64,000 nucleotides of DNA, taken from assembly GCA_964016885.1 (NCBI GenBank), contig OZ024745.1:111600001-111664000 (forward strand). The letters are read 5' to 3'. Below are positions 39,466-51,801 of this stretch, piece by piece. Source of the DNA: Eledone cirrhosa. Lineage: Eukaryota. A program made the position numbers and the translations under genes. Below the pieces are notes generated by a model. The model had not been told where the DNA came from. It did no database searches and saw nothing but the letters and a program-made list of their open reading frames with translations. Within the stretch, counting starts at the first letter, position 1; each line of letters starts with the position of its first letter.

Positions 39466-39993
39466 TCATCATCATCATCATCAACGTTTAACGTCCGTGT
39501 TCCACGCTTGCATGGGTTTGGACGGGGGTAGTCCCACTTGAGGCAAGAGTGATTGTCTTGCTCGCATAGGACTGTCTGGCAGGTTTTCTACAGTTGGATG
39601 CCCTTCCTAACACCAACCACATTTACAGTGTGGGTCTGGGAGGTTTTTACCGTGTTGCCTACACGGCCACATTACAGCGTGGACTGTGTGTTTTTTGTCG
39701 TGACACCTACACGATCTCATTTGTTTCGGCCTCGATGGCGTGGCACCAACATAACTTTACATAGAACGGGGTGGTGGTGGTGGGACGGGGTGTATTTTGT
39801 TAGAGATGCCTACTGGCTGGAGTAGGTTTTACTATATATTTAGGTAAGGCGGGTCTTCTCTGTTACTGAGTACCGCCAAAGGTCTCGGTCCAGTGACATT
39901 GTCTTGGAGAGGTGTAAGTGTGTGATGTCGGAGTTTATCAGCTCGTCCCAGGTTTTTCTAGGTCTGCCTATTCCGTGACTACCGTCTATCTTT
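39466..39993 (-). mobile_element. RTE-A 3' end
   Basis: ORF end GRPRKTWDELINSDITHLHLSK plus UTR; first ~260 bp nearly identical to 62125-62385. Confidence 0.9.
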
Positions 39994-40385
39994 ATTAATG
40001 AAAATTATTGTGTACAGTGCTCAGGTGCTCTACAACTCATCAAAGGTGCATGTATAGTACATAGAATAATTTACAAATATTTATATATATATGTATATAT
40101 ATATGTATATACGCAGTCCCCTTCTCAACAAGGAAGATGCAAAAAAACTTATCTCAACACTTAATTTTAAATCTTTAATTTTTAGTTTTTAATCCGTATT
40201 AATTCTTTTTAATTGTAATACTCAACATTTGATAAGATGAATTTCACTAATACATCGAAACCGGTAATAAAAGAATTGTCCCCCTCATTTTTTCAATAAT
40301 GTCAAAGAAAGGGAAGAAAAAGAAAAACAGACCCTAAAATATATTTTCCGTGCTATTTCCAATTTCACCTTTTCTCTATATTTAT

Positions 40386-41770
40386 ATCATCATCATCATC
40401 ATTTTACGTCCGCTTTTCCCTGCTTGCAAGGGTGGGACGGGTCTTATTCAGCACAGCATCTCTCCACTCGTCACGGTCCCTCGTCATCTCCACCGTGAGC
40501 TTCAATGATCTGAGGTCTGTTCTCACCACCTCCGCCCATGTTTTTCGTGGTCTACCTCTACTACGTCTTCCTTCAACTGGCATTTCCTGGCACTTCTTCA
40601 CCCATCGGTCATCCTCCATGCGCATCACATGTCCATACCACCTCAGTCTCCTCTCCCGTACACTACATTCTATCCCTCTCAGACACAGTTTCTCTCTCAA
40701 CACATTTATGCTGGGTCGTTCACGCACATTTACACTGCACATCCAACGGAGCATGCTTGCCTCATTTCTCTCCAGCCGTCGCATATCTTCTGCGGTAGCT
40801 GCCCATGTCTCACTACCATGCAGCATCGCGCTCCTCACACAGGCATCATACAACCGGCCTTTCGTACGCAGGGAGAAACCCTTCTTCGTCAACAGAGGAA
40901 GCAGCTCCCTAAACTTCTTCCAACCCGTCCTTATTCTAGATACTATGGCCTCGGAACACCCTCCTCCCATGCTAATCTGATCTCCTAGGTACCGGAAGCT
41001 ATCCACCACTTCTATAGCGCCCTCTCGCATTTGAAAAATGTGTCTATCAGTGCGACTTCTACTGTCTAATTTCCCTGTACATCTACTGCATACATATTTC
41101 TCCCTACCTGTTAGTTTGCCTGCTATCCCGCTACATCTCTTGTGTACCCAGGACCTGCATTGTGTGCATTTTATAGAATTTATGCCAGTTCCTTTTCTGC
41201 ATATCGAACATGGCCATTTCCCTGACGGAATCAGGGTTTTGTCCTCTTTTCTACTCATCAACACTTTTGTCTTAGCTAGATTTACTCTCAGTCCTTTTGC
41301 TTCCAACTGCTGTTTCCATAGCCGGAATTTATTCTCTAGCTCCTCTACTGATTCTGCCATAAGAGCCAGATCGTCAGCATAGAGAAGTTCCCATGGACAG
41401 CCAGTCTTAAACTCCTCTGTTATGGCTTGGAGGACTATAATGAACAAGAGCGGGCTGAGGACCGAACCCTGATGTACTCCTACTTGTATCTGGAATTACT
41501 CACTAAACTCCATTCCTACCCTGACTTTACTGAGAGTACCTCTGTACAAAGTTTGCACTGTCCTTACAAGCCATTCCTCAACACCCAGCTTCCTTAGGGA
41601 CCACCAGATGACAGATCGGGGTACCCTATCAAAGGCCTTCTCTAGGTCAACAAAGGCCAAGTATAGTGGCTTATTCTTCTCTAAGAACCTCTCTTGCATT
41701 TGTCTCACCAAGAAGAGGGCATCTGTTGTACTCTTCCCAGGCACAAAACCAAACTGCATCTCATCTAGAA
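40386..41770 (-). mobile_element. Young RTE-clade LINE (family B), 5'-truncated
   Basis: ORFs 41496-41792 and 40404-41447 are in the same frame, separated by one stop; RT motifs QFGF, FVDLEKAFD, GVHQGS, YADD, FRYLG; ORF runs to the (GAT)n tail with no 3' UTR. Confidence 0.96.
40404..41447 (-). CDS. RTE ORF C-terminal part (RT motifs 5-7, inserted PHD-like finger, C-terminal domain); fragment of a truncated element
   Basis: 347-aa open frame with LLYADDL, CSIC..CTQC..HKRC..CSRC, FRYLGD, GSETW, RLRWYGHV. Confidence 0.85.
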   Translation of the reverse strand: MFIIVLQAITEEFKTGCPWELLYADDLALMAESVEELENKFRLWKQQLEAKGLRVNLAKTKVLMSRKEDKTLIPSGKWPCSICRKGTGINSIKCTQCRSWVHKRCSGIAGKLTGREKYVCSRCTGKLDSRSRTDRHIFQMREGAIEVVDSFRYLGDQISMGGGCSEAIVSRIRTGWKKFRELLPLLTKKGFSLRTKGRLYDACVRSAMLHGSETWAATAEDMRRLERNEASMLRWMCSVNVRERPSINVLREKLCLRGIECSVRERRLRWYGHVMRMEDDRWVKKCQEMPVEGRRSRGRPRKTWAEVVRTDLRSLKLTVEMTRDRDEWRDAVLNKTRPTLASREKRT

Positions 41771-41830
41771 TATATATATATATTCCTTCCATATACTGTA
41801 CCGATTGTGTTGTTATTTCTATTTACCTTT

Positions 41831-41899
<69 letters not shown>

Positions 41900-42636
41900 C
41901 ATGATAGTGTGTGGGAGTGGATAATGAAGTAAATGAAGTGAATTTTTTTCTTCTTTTACTTCAATAGACTGCAGACATTCTGGGACATTGTCCTGATTTA
42001 GTAAATCATATCAACCATAGTACAGTTGGTTTCTTTTAAGAACTTATTCTATCAATCTCTTTTTCATTGAACTGCTAAGTTAGAAACAAACATAGTCACA
42101 GAAACACACATGGTGGGCTTCTGCAGTTTCCATCTAACAAATTCCATGAATTCCTCAGAGTCAATGGCCATCCACCCCAACTATGGGTTAAATAGCCTCA
42201 CCAACCTGCAATTGGCCAAACCCCAGACATGACCAAAACCAAACAAAAAGCAGTGGAGGTTAACCAGAAAGAGTTTTCTCCAACAAGAGTGAGAAGGCCC
42301 TGTATTGGATTGAAGGATCAACCACAAAAATATACAAATGAACAAAGAAGTTGGCTAAGAACAAAATAGAGTGTTTAGCCAAAGATCCTAGTTTCCTCAG
42401 TCTGTTTTAAGCTATTATAGACTGCCTGGGAAATGTTTCTTGTCTCATGAAATACGGGGATAATTTTTTCATGTTATTTCCTTTATTTTGTGTTAAGACT
42501 AAACAATCTTTATACTATTCCTATTTTAACATATCAGAATACATTTAGATTTGTTAGTTTTGAACTTGCTTATTTTCACAGTTTCCTTTTTAATTGAATT
42601 AACTTGAAATTTTTTAAATAACTTTATTAGAGAGAA

Positions 42637-42668
<32 letters not shown>

Positions 42669-43375
42669 GAGATATACTAGTGAGTCAGTTTTATGTCTTG
42701 GGATAAAATTGTGCTATTACATGAATCCTCAGGAAATATAATAAAAGTAAAAATATAATAATATAGTATCTAGCTTATATATCACTACAGTGGTTAAGCC
42801 TTGTGGGTGAACTTGGGTAGACGGAAAATGCTTAGAAGCTGATCGGATGGATTGTACTTGTTCTACAAAAGAGCCAGCCTTGTCCGCACTGTGTCATGCT
42901 GAATCTCCCTAAGAATTGTTAAATATACACATATATGTGGAATACTCAGCCACTTGCCCATTAATTTCATGAGCAGGCTGTTTTGTTGACCAAACAGCTG
43001 AAACACACATTATCAAAACCTACAGTTTCATTCCGCAGTGGCTAATTTACTTAGATTAATGTGGTTGTTGTTTATCTATGGGATGATTTGAACTATACAC
43101 TGCATGCTAACAAGATTATCAATCTATAATACTGTACTCCCACTGCTTACAACAGTAAACAGTACATTACCAAGGCACCTATTTATAGAAGAGTAAATTG
43201 TATCATTGTGAGTTAAAATTTTTTGCTAAGGATACAAATAAGACAATACATGAGATATGAGCAAGATTCCCAAATTGATTCAACTGCAGTAGTGATTCTC
43301 TTGTTAAGAACTAACACATTGACAAAAGATAGGGCAGTATAGAAGCAAGTAAATATACTTAAAATCATTGTTAAT

Positions 43376-43635
43376 CCTTTTGATACTAAATTGCCTAAAA
43401 CTACCCATGGTTTTATGATACAAAGCTGTTTATTTTAAAGTGTTTACATTTATCTGAAAAAACCTTCCATCATAATTTTATGTAAGTGCCTTTGTTGAGT
43501 TATGTCTCAAACATCAGCTTAATAATGAGAACATTGGTTATTGTGCTAAATCCCTCTAAATTCTTGATTATTTTCAAAATGATTTGAAAAAGCCCCAGGA
43601 AGTGTCTTTCATTAGAAATTTGGTAACAAAAGAGT
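43376..43635. mobile_element. piggyBac-type MITE (family 2), diverged
   Basis: TTAA-tccttttgatact ... ggtaacaaaagag-TTAA; related pieces at 47660-47830 and 48265-48490. Confidence 0.6.
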
Positions 43636-44599
43636 TAATTGAAAAAACAGAAAAACAAAAGGGAATGAGTATAAAACTGCTAACAATGCTGATACAAATA
43701 AAATCTAAGCTGAGATATAATGTTGACAGCTGTTATGTCATATAACACAAACAGGAATACATTTTATACATTTTCAACAGAAATCTCTATCTCCTTTCTT
43801 TCTGTACATTTTCAACAGAAATCTCTATCTCTCTGAAATTCCCTGAAATTACTTTATCTACACATACACACATTCAAACATATGAGAACGATGTGTGATA
43901 CCATACTTGGCTAGGAGGTCCATAAAGATACAGTATGGAAAATGAACATAAAATGATGATAATGATGAACACACACACACATCATTCAGAATTCTTCTCT
44001 TGGAGTTAAACATTCTGTTCTTTATTTCAAAGCCATATGGTGAGGGCACATTGCTTTGTGGTTAGTGTGTTCAGCTTATGATCTTAAGGTTGCGAGTTTC
44101 TTGTGTTCTTGTCACTCACTGTGTCGTGCTGAATCTCCCTGAGAACTACATAATGAATACACAAGTCTATGGAATGATCAGCTACTTGCATGTTAATTTC
44201 AGGAGCAGGCTATTCCATTGGTCAAACAACTGTATCACTTTGTTATCAGAACCGACATAGCAACAACATATCATTTCTAAGAATGAATTACCCAAATAAA
44301 TTCCCTTATTGAGTATCATCTATAAGGGCACCAGCAAATAAAAGAAGCATATGTTCCCATTTATTTTCACTGCCTGAAATAATTAAATAAGGAAAAAGTT
44401 TGGGGTTTTGTTTTTAAATAAAAGAAAAACCAATATTTTCCACACAGGTATATATTGTGATTTTTTTCATAAATGCTTGGCAAGACTAAAGTTTCATTTT
44501 GTCTCATAATTTCTTTTTTTTTTTCTCTTATTTTCTTTCTGTTTTTGTTTTTCCAAACATTAACTATTGTTTTAGCGTTTCCTGGTTGATTCTTTTTTA

Positions 44600-44639
44600 C
44601 TAAGCTAAATAAATTACAACCCGGGAACAAGGAACATTT
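44600..44639 (-). other. Candidate alternative (terminal) exon
   Basis: ttattttctctgtag| with ~100 nt free of AG; frames give MFLVPGL*, NVPCSRVVIYLA* or an open KCSLFPGCNLF... Confidence 0.4.
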
Positions 44640-44752
44640 CTACAGAGAAAATAAAAAAAAATGAAGATAATGAATAAAAGCATATCATACGAGAACATGT
44701 AGGCAAAAATAAAAAGAAATTCATACATGCACACACATACTAAAGTCATATA

Positions 44753-44849
<97 letters not shown>

Positions 44850-44900
44850 ATATATACACACATATATATACATATATATATACACACACATATATACACA

Positions 44901-44991
<91 letters not shown>

Positions 44992-45077
44992 CACACACAC
45001 ATATATATATACATAGATACATGTGTGTATGTTATATATATATGTGTGTGTATATGTATGTGTGTGTATATATATAA

Positions 45078-45116
<39 letters not shown>

Positions 45117-45416
45117 GACAGACACACAAACACATACATATAAAAAACACACATTACATAAAATAAATAGATGTAAAATCTCAAGTTGAAAATCAGAGAG
45201 CCAGGCAACAGTACAAAGCTGTTTGTGAGAGACACGTTCAAGCAGCCTTCCGAAATAAACTTTAGAAAAGCTAAAAAGTGAAAGGCAGTACATATATATA
45301 TAGGTGTGTATGTGTGAATAATATATGTATGTGTGTGTGTATATATATATACATATATACATACATATAAGAACTGAGTGCTTTTTTTTAACACACACAC
45401 ACACACAAGCATATAT

Positions 45417-45502
45417 ACCACCACCCCACTCTCAAGAGCGTGAAACTAATAAACCTTTGTTCGTACTGCCTCTCTGTTTTGTTCCCGTTCAATTTTTTAC
45501 TA
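45417..45502 (+). mobile_element. Truncated retrozyme-like repeat copy in (TA)n
   Basis: ccaccccactctcaagagcgtgaaactaataaacctttgttcgtactgcctctctg matches 51590-51678. Confidence 0.75.
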
Positions 45503-45612
45503 TATATATATATGTATATATATATGCTTGTGTGTGTGAACAACAAAAGCACCCAGTTCATGACAAGAGGCAGTACCCAATCAACTCAATAAGGTGGTCG
45601 TTCCAGTGATGC

Positions 45613-45779
45613 AATAAAAAGTAACCAGTCCACCCTGTTAAATGGTCATTTTGGTGCTAAAATAAAAAGTAACCAGTCCACCCTGTTAAATGGTCATTTT
45701 GGTGCTAAAATAAAAAGTAACCAGTCCACCCTGTTAAATGGTCATTTTGGTGCTAAAATAAAAAGCATCCAGTCCACCC
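45613..45779 (+). repeat. 3.5 x 48-bp tandem repeat derived from the RTE-A UTR unit
   Basis: aataaaaagtaaccagtccaccctgttaaatggtcattttggtgctaa x3. Confidence 0.85.
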
Positions 45780-45892
45780 AGGTCTTTTTCAAAAACATTT
45801 TGCACAGGCTTGGAGGAACTTTCCAGGGACAAACCCATGGTCACCTATGACCAAAAGAGGCTTTTATATGAATATATATATATATATATATA

Positions 45893-46938
45893 TGTTGTCA
45901 TACTTGGGGAGGATCATATTGTTGTAATAATTGTTTCTACGTTAGGCACAAGGCCAGCAATTACCCAGTGCATTACTGGTACTTTATTTTATCGACCCCG
46001 TAAGGATGAAAGGCAAAGTCAACCTCGGCGGGATTTGAACTCAGATCGTAAAGGGACGTAACTATGCTGGAAAGCGTGGCGTCCGACCCTCTACCGATAT
46101 TGCAAATCCACCGCCCTATATTGTTGTAATAATATTGCCAGAAATAATAACAGAACACACTCACTGTTTGGTTGGTTTTCGCTTCTGTATCTACGCCATT
46201 TTTTCGTAGATATACAATACAACAGAAGGAACATAATAGTACCACTGATGATGTTACAGATGTGCAACGAAAGAACTTTGCTAGACTATCATCATCATTA
46301 TCGTTTAACATCCATCTTCCACGCTTGCATGGGTTTGGATGAGAGTTTTCCCACTTGAGGCAAGAGTGGTTGTCTTGCTCGCATAGGACTGTCTGGCGGG
46401 TTTTCTACAGCTGGATGCCCTTCCTAACACCAACCACGTTTACAGTGTGGACTGGGAGGTTTTTACCGTGTTACCTACACGGCCACATTACAGCGTGGAC
46501 TGTGTGTTTTTTTGTCGTGACACCTACACGACCTCATTTATTTCGGACTGGATGTTGTGGTACCAACATAGCTTTACATCAAAAGGGGTGGTGCGGATGG
46601 AGTGGGGGTAGTGGGACGGGTGTGTATTTTTGTTAAGAGGTACCTACTGACTGTAGGTTTTGCTTTGTACTTAGGCAAGGCGGGTCTTCTGTATTACTGT
46701 GTAGCGCCAAAGTACTATATATATGTGTTTTTATCTATATTATATCTGTATTTTTTACCGTTGGTCAGTCAATGGTAAACATTGAGGACCGAATGAATTA
46801 ACTGTGGAGGTATAAAAAAAAATGTTTTTTTAAAGATACAGAAGCGAAAACCAACCAAACAGTGAGTGTGTTCTGTTATTATTTCTAGCAATATTATTAC
46901 AACAATATGACCCTCCCCTATATATATATACGGCAACA
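45893..46938. mobile_element. Fold-back element (~100-bp inverted arms) with a hammerhead-like motif, interrupted by SINE-A (45925-46116, minus) and an RTE-A tail (46288-46710, minus)
   Basis: 46119-46193 is the reverse complement of 46834-46908; outer ends TGTTGTCATACTTGGGGAGGATCAT resemble the 35359 arm; SINE TSD atattgttgtaataat. Confidence 0.75.
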
Positions 46939-47097
46939 CTCATCTTTTTCCATTTCTCCGAGGGTTATAAACCCCACTATCAGGCTAGAAATTTCTTTAG
47001 TCTAAAATACGGTGAAAGCTTATAATTTCTAATTTCTAATTTCAAACTCGCGCACCGTTTCAAAAACATACTTACATGTTTACGTTTATAATTTGCT

Positions 47098-47164
<67 letters not shown>

Positions 47165-47166
<2 letters not shown>

Positions 47167-47420
47167 CTGGTACTCCGTCAGTTACGATGACAAGTGTTCC
47201 AGTTGATATGATCAACAGAACAGCCTGCTCACGAAATTAATGTGCAAGTGGCTGAGCATTCCACAAATATGAATACCCAAAACATAGTTCTTGGGAGATT
47301 CAGTGTAATACAGAATGTGACAAGGCTGGCCCGTCGAATTACAGGTACAACTCATTTTTGCCAGCTGAATGCACCGGAGCAATGTGAAATAAAGTGTCTT
47401 GCTCAAGAAAACAACACACA
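47165..47420 (-). mobile_element. CORE-type SINE fragment (related copies at 42790-43020 and 44040-44260 on plus)
   Basis: gcaatgtgaaataaagtgtcttgctcaag core; shared gaatctccc..gaacta..gagcaggctg block. Confidence 0.65.
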
Positions 47421-47844
47421 CACACACATATATATATATATAGCGATTGAACACAGACAATATAGGCTAGAGAGGACTCTCCAGCTTAGCCAACCAAGCC
47501 TATATATACTTAATTTATCAAGCCTGAAAGGTTCAAAGCCAAAGGTAACAATAACAAGATTTGAACTCAGAACACAGCAAACCAGAAGAAATGTAACCTA
47601 CTATGACGTGGTCAACATGAAGGTCTGATAAAAGACAAGCAACTGCACAGTGGGTTGAACCCATTTCAAAGCATCCTTCTTAACCCAAAACTTGGTTTTA
47701 TAAAATAAAAAGCCAACCATTTTAAAGGATTTCTATAAAATTAAAACCTTCCAATATAATTTTATATGAAAACTGTTTATTAGAAATACAATCTTAGCAA
47801 TGAAATAATTAATCATTCTTTGTAAACTCCTCCAAATTCTTCAT

Positions 47845-48035
47845 TGATTGTTTCTACTTTTGGCACAAGGCCAGCAATTATCCCAGTGTATTACTGGTGC
47901 TTTATTTTATCAACCCTGTAAGGATGAAAGGCAAAGTTAACTTCAGCAGGATTTGAACTTGGACCGTAAAGGAGTGTAACTATGCTGCAAAGCATGGCAT
48001 CCGACCCTCTACTGATACTGCCAATCCACAACCCT
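47845..48035 (-). mobile_element. SINE-A
   Basis: Reverse complement of the SINE-A consensus. Confidence 0.85.
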
Positions 48036-48984
48036 AAATTCTACATTAGCAAATAAAAATATGTTGTAGTTTATCAGAAATCTGAAAAGCTTTACCCACA
48101 TTTCTCTGCAAATATGTCTTTTTTTTTTTAAAATACACAAGACAGTCATAGCTGCAATGCCTTTGATCATAGGTCAACTTTATTATAGTTGACCAGGGTC
48201 TAAACAAATATGACTGATGAATACTTTCTGATGACAGATATTCAAGCAATTTGCCTTATCACATTTGATACTAACTCGTCCAAAACTGGCTCTGGTTCTA
48301 TGAAACAAAACCCTCCATTTTAAAAGAGTTCTCTATTTAAATTAAAATATTCCAACATAAGAACTCTATGTTAAATTACTATCTAAATAATGAAATAATC
48401 AATAATATTAGTAAATCCCTTAGCCTTCTTCATTAATTAATTGTAATAGAGAGTATTTTCATTTGAAATATGGTCATGAAAGGGTTCTTCAAATGCCTTG
48501 TTGTGTTGAGCGTTAGAATGGAGGTAGGGAAGATAAATATAAATTAACCATTCTTTTCTATACCTTTCTTTCTTTTTTTTTTTTCTTTAATAAGATACAG
48601 ATATTGAGCAAATAAAAATAGACAATATAAATTCTAATAGTATTTTTTTTTTGTCAAAGAAATACATTCAAGTGTTGCTTTAAATGAAAAAAAAACAACA
48701 CACAAAATTATTTCATACAAATTGGCATAAATCTCATTTTTCAACTCCCATCCCATAACTAGTGGCACTATGATGAGATTCTTTGAAAAAGCTGAACTAC
48801 TACTGTCAGTCTGCCACATACTTATCTACATCTCTCTCTCTCTCTCCCCCTCCCCCTCGCTTTCTCTCTCTCTCTCCCTCTCTCTCCATAAGTACTTGAT
48901 CAAAATGAATGGTAACAATTGTGTACAGGTTATTTATTATATATATATATATACACACATACATATATGTGTGTATATATATAT

Positions 48985-49042
48985 AATCATCATCATCATC
49001 ATCATTTTACGTCCGCTTTTCCCTGCTTGCAAGGGTGGGACG
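48985..49042 (-). mobile_element. Extreme 3' tip of RTE-B (or of the chimeric SINE) in (TA)n
   Basis: Identical to 40386-40439. Confidence 0.85.
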
Positions 49043-49077
<35 letters not shown>

Positions 49078-49206
49078 ATATATGTATATATATTCATATT
49101 CACACAAACAGTTATATCATTTTATGAATATATGTGTATGTGTGTCTGTGCTTACACACACACACACAAACTTGTATATTATATGTATTTATTACATACA
49201 ATAAAC

Positions 49207-49293
<87 letters not shown>

Positions 49294-49394
49294 CACCCAC
49301 ACAACTGCAGTGGCTCTCAAACTTGATACAAGACTTACATATAAATATTTATGTAAGTATTGTAGATTGAGTGTGCGTTCATGCAATCTCTATC

Positions 49395-49450
<56 letters not shown>

Positions 49451-49633
49451 TCATCATCATCATTTTAATGTCTGCATTCCCTGCTATATAATATAAGATA
49501 TATATGCATAATATAACACATATGTGTGTGTGTGTGTGTGTGTGTGCGTGAATGTGTGTATATGCATGTATATATGTATATATGCAAATACATATTCAAT
49601 GAATAGATAGCTAGATAGATTATATATATATAA

Positions 49634-49702
<69 letters not shown>

Positions 49703-49721
49703 TATATACATATATATATAC

Positions 49722-49754
<33 letters not shown>

Positions 49755-49757
49755 CAC

Positions 49758-49794
<37 letters not shown>

Positions 49795-49795
49795 C

Positions 49796-49845
<50 letters not shown>

Positions 49846-50691
49846 CAAGTGTGTGTGTGTGTGTGTACAAGAATAAATGAGTAGATAGCAATATAATGTA
49901 TCTAAGCTATACATGTGTATAATAGATATTGAAATGCACATGCATGTATGCATGTACACAAACACACATGTGCAGATGCGTGTTGTGTTGTATGTATTTA
50001 GAGAACATAAACTTTACTGAAGCATACAAGAAACTGCTTTCATGCAGTGCTGACCTGTAAGACCTGATAATCTACACTCTATCAGATTTACAACTGAATA
50101 TTGAAAGTCCCAGCAGAGGATGTGAAAAACCAACTGGCCCCATAAGGGTGAAAATCAGACAGGATCAATGAATATTCAGCTGCAAGCTAAAGGCAATCAA
50201 CCTTATTTCTTAACAGTGTTGCTTATGGTGAATCCCTAAAACTGACAATACAAATTACAGTTGATATCAGCAGGAGATATGGCATAAAGGCCAGTGTATG
50301 AAAAGTTACAAACTGTAAAGATAACTACATGACCATGCATATAATTCCTTTGATGTGTTTATCGACACAAAGAAAACTGATTTATCTTGCAAAGCCATAA
50401 AAGAAAGCTCATTCTTTATATAAATATATGGATACATATCAAATAAATAAAAGATTCCATGTTACATCATTATATAATATATACAGAAAAGAGCAAGAAC
50501 GTTTTTATTTTCAATATACCTACTAGTAATATTGCTTTATGATAAGGAACTGTATTCAGTTGCAGTTGGGCTTTATGGCAACCAACTAAAAATATTTGAT
50601 GAACATTTCACACAACAATAAATCATACACATGATAAATGACATAACTTCAATATAAGTTGTTTTTGTTACTGTTGTCATGGTTGTTGTTG

Positions 50692-50806
50692 TTACTTTAA
50701 TGCCATCGTTGTTTCCATTGAGAAGATGAGATCTATACAATCTATATAAAATGGTATGGTGTATAATTTAGTCCCGTTTCGGACATTTATTAAAGGTAAT
50801 TTGTTT
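50692..50806 (-). other. Candidate alternative terminal exon
   Basis: (CTTTT)n-Tn-gttcag| acceptor; frames give KQITFNKCPKRD*, TNYL* or NKLPLINVRNG...MALK*. Confidence 0.4.
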
Positions 50807-50812
50807 CTGAAC

Positions 50813-50843
<31 letters not shown>

Positions 50844-51318
50844 GAAAAGAAAAGAAATTAAAAACAAAATCAGATCTGGCTTTGAATTGAAAATGTAAAT
50901 AACCAGCTCTAGTCACTATCAGATCAGAGTAACAACAGATATGGATGACCATTCTCTAATTTCTATACCTATTCAGGCACTATAAGTATGTGTGCGTGTG
51001 TGCATTTCTGTCTCTGTGTGTGCATGTTTGTGTATGCATGTTTGTGTATGTGTACCTATGTTTAAGTTTGTGCGTTTGTGTGTGTGCCTATGTTTAAATT
51101 TGTGTTTGTGTGTGTGCCTATATTTGTGTTTGTGTGTGCCTATGTTTAAGTTTCTGTGTGTGTGTGTGTGTGTGCGCCTATGTTTAAGTTTGTATGTGTG
51201 TATGTGTGCCTATGTTTAAGTTTGTATCTGTCTTGTTTGTGTCCCATAACCTAGTAGTTCAACAAAAACAAGATTGATAAAATAAATACAAAACTTGAAA
51301 AACCAAGTGTTCTGGGGT

Positions 51319-51356
<38 letters not shown>

Positions 51357-51363
51357 ACCCCAG

Positions 51364-51672
51364 AACATTTGTCGTACTGCCTCTCTGTTCTGTCCCTGTT
51401 CAATTTTTCATTATACAAAACACACGCTCACACGGCCTCCATCCTTGGAACTTAACTTAACAACCGGCTCAACCCCGATCTAATCCGCCGTGACCTTTCT
51501 CCGAACTTTACACACCTTCCCACACTTTGTCTTTCCTTCCACGCATTAACTCTCACCTGAAGAAGGGCTTATGCCCGAAACGTCGTCCTCCACCTACCCC
51601 CCACTCTCCTGAGCGTGAATCTAATAAACATTTGTCGTACTGCCTCTCTGTTCTGTCCCTGTTCAATTTTTC

Positions 51673-51678
<6 letters not shown>
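51364..51678 (+). mobile_element. Retrozyme/Penelope-related small element: 263-bp unit with 52-bp direct terminal repeats
   Basis: Identical aacatttgtcgtactgcctctctgttctgtccctgttcaatttttcattata at 51364-51415 and 51627-51678; non-coding; AATAAA at 51623; flanked by (TA)n. Confidence 0.8.
51554..51588 (+). ncRNA. Minimal type I hammerhead ribozyme motif
   Basis: CTGAAGA-A-GGGC TTAT GCCC-GAAAC-GTC; intact core and stem II, palindromic ACGT stem III; stem I only 2 bp. Confidence 0.7.
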
Positions 51679-51715
<37 letters not shown>

Positions 51716-51801
51716 GGTGTCCCAAAAAATGTATACACACAATTACCTGTACAGGCAATATATATTAGAATGTTATTGCGGTATGTATACATTTTTTAAT
51801 G

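Noticed and set aside
40432-41382. Plus-strand ORFs over the RTE copies
   Set aside because: Antisense shadows of the RTE coding frame.
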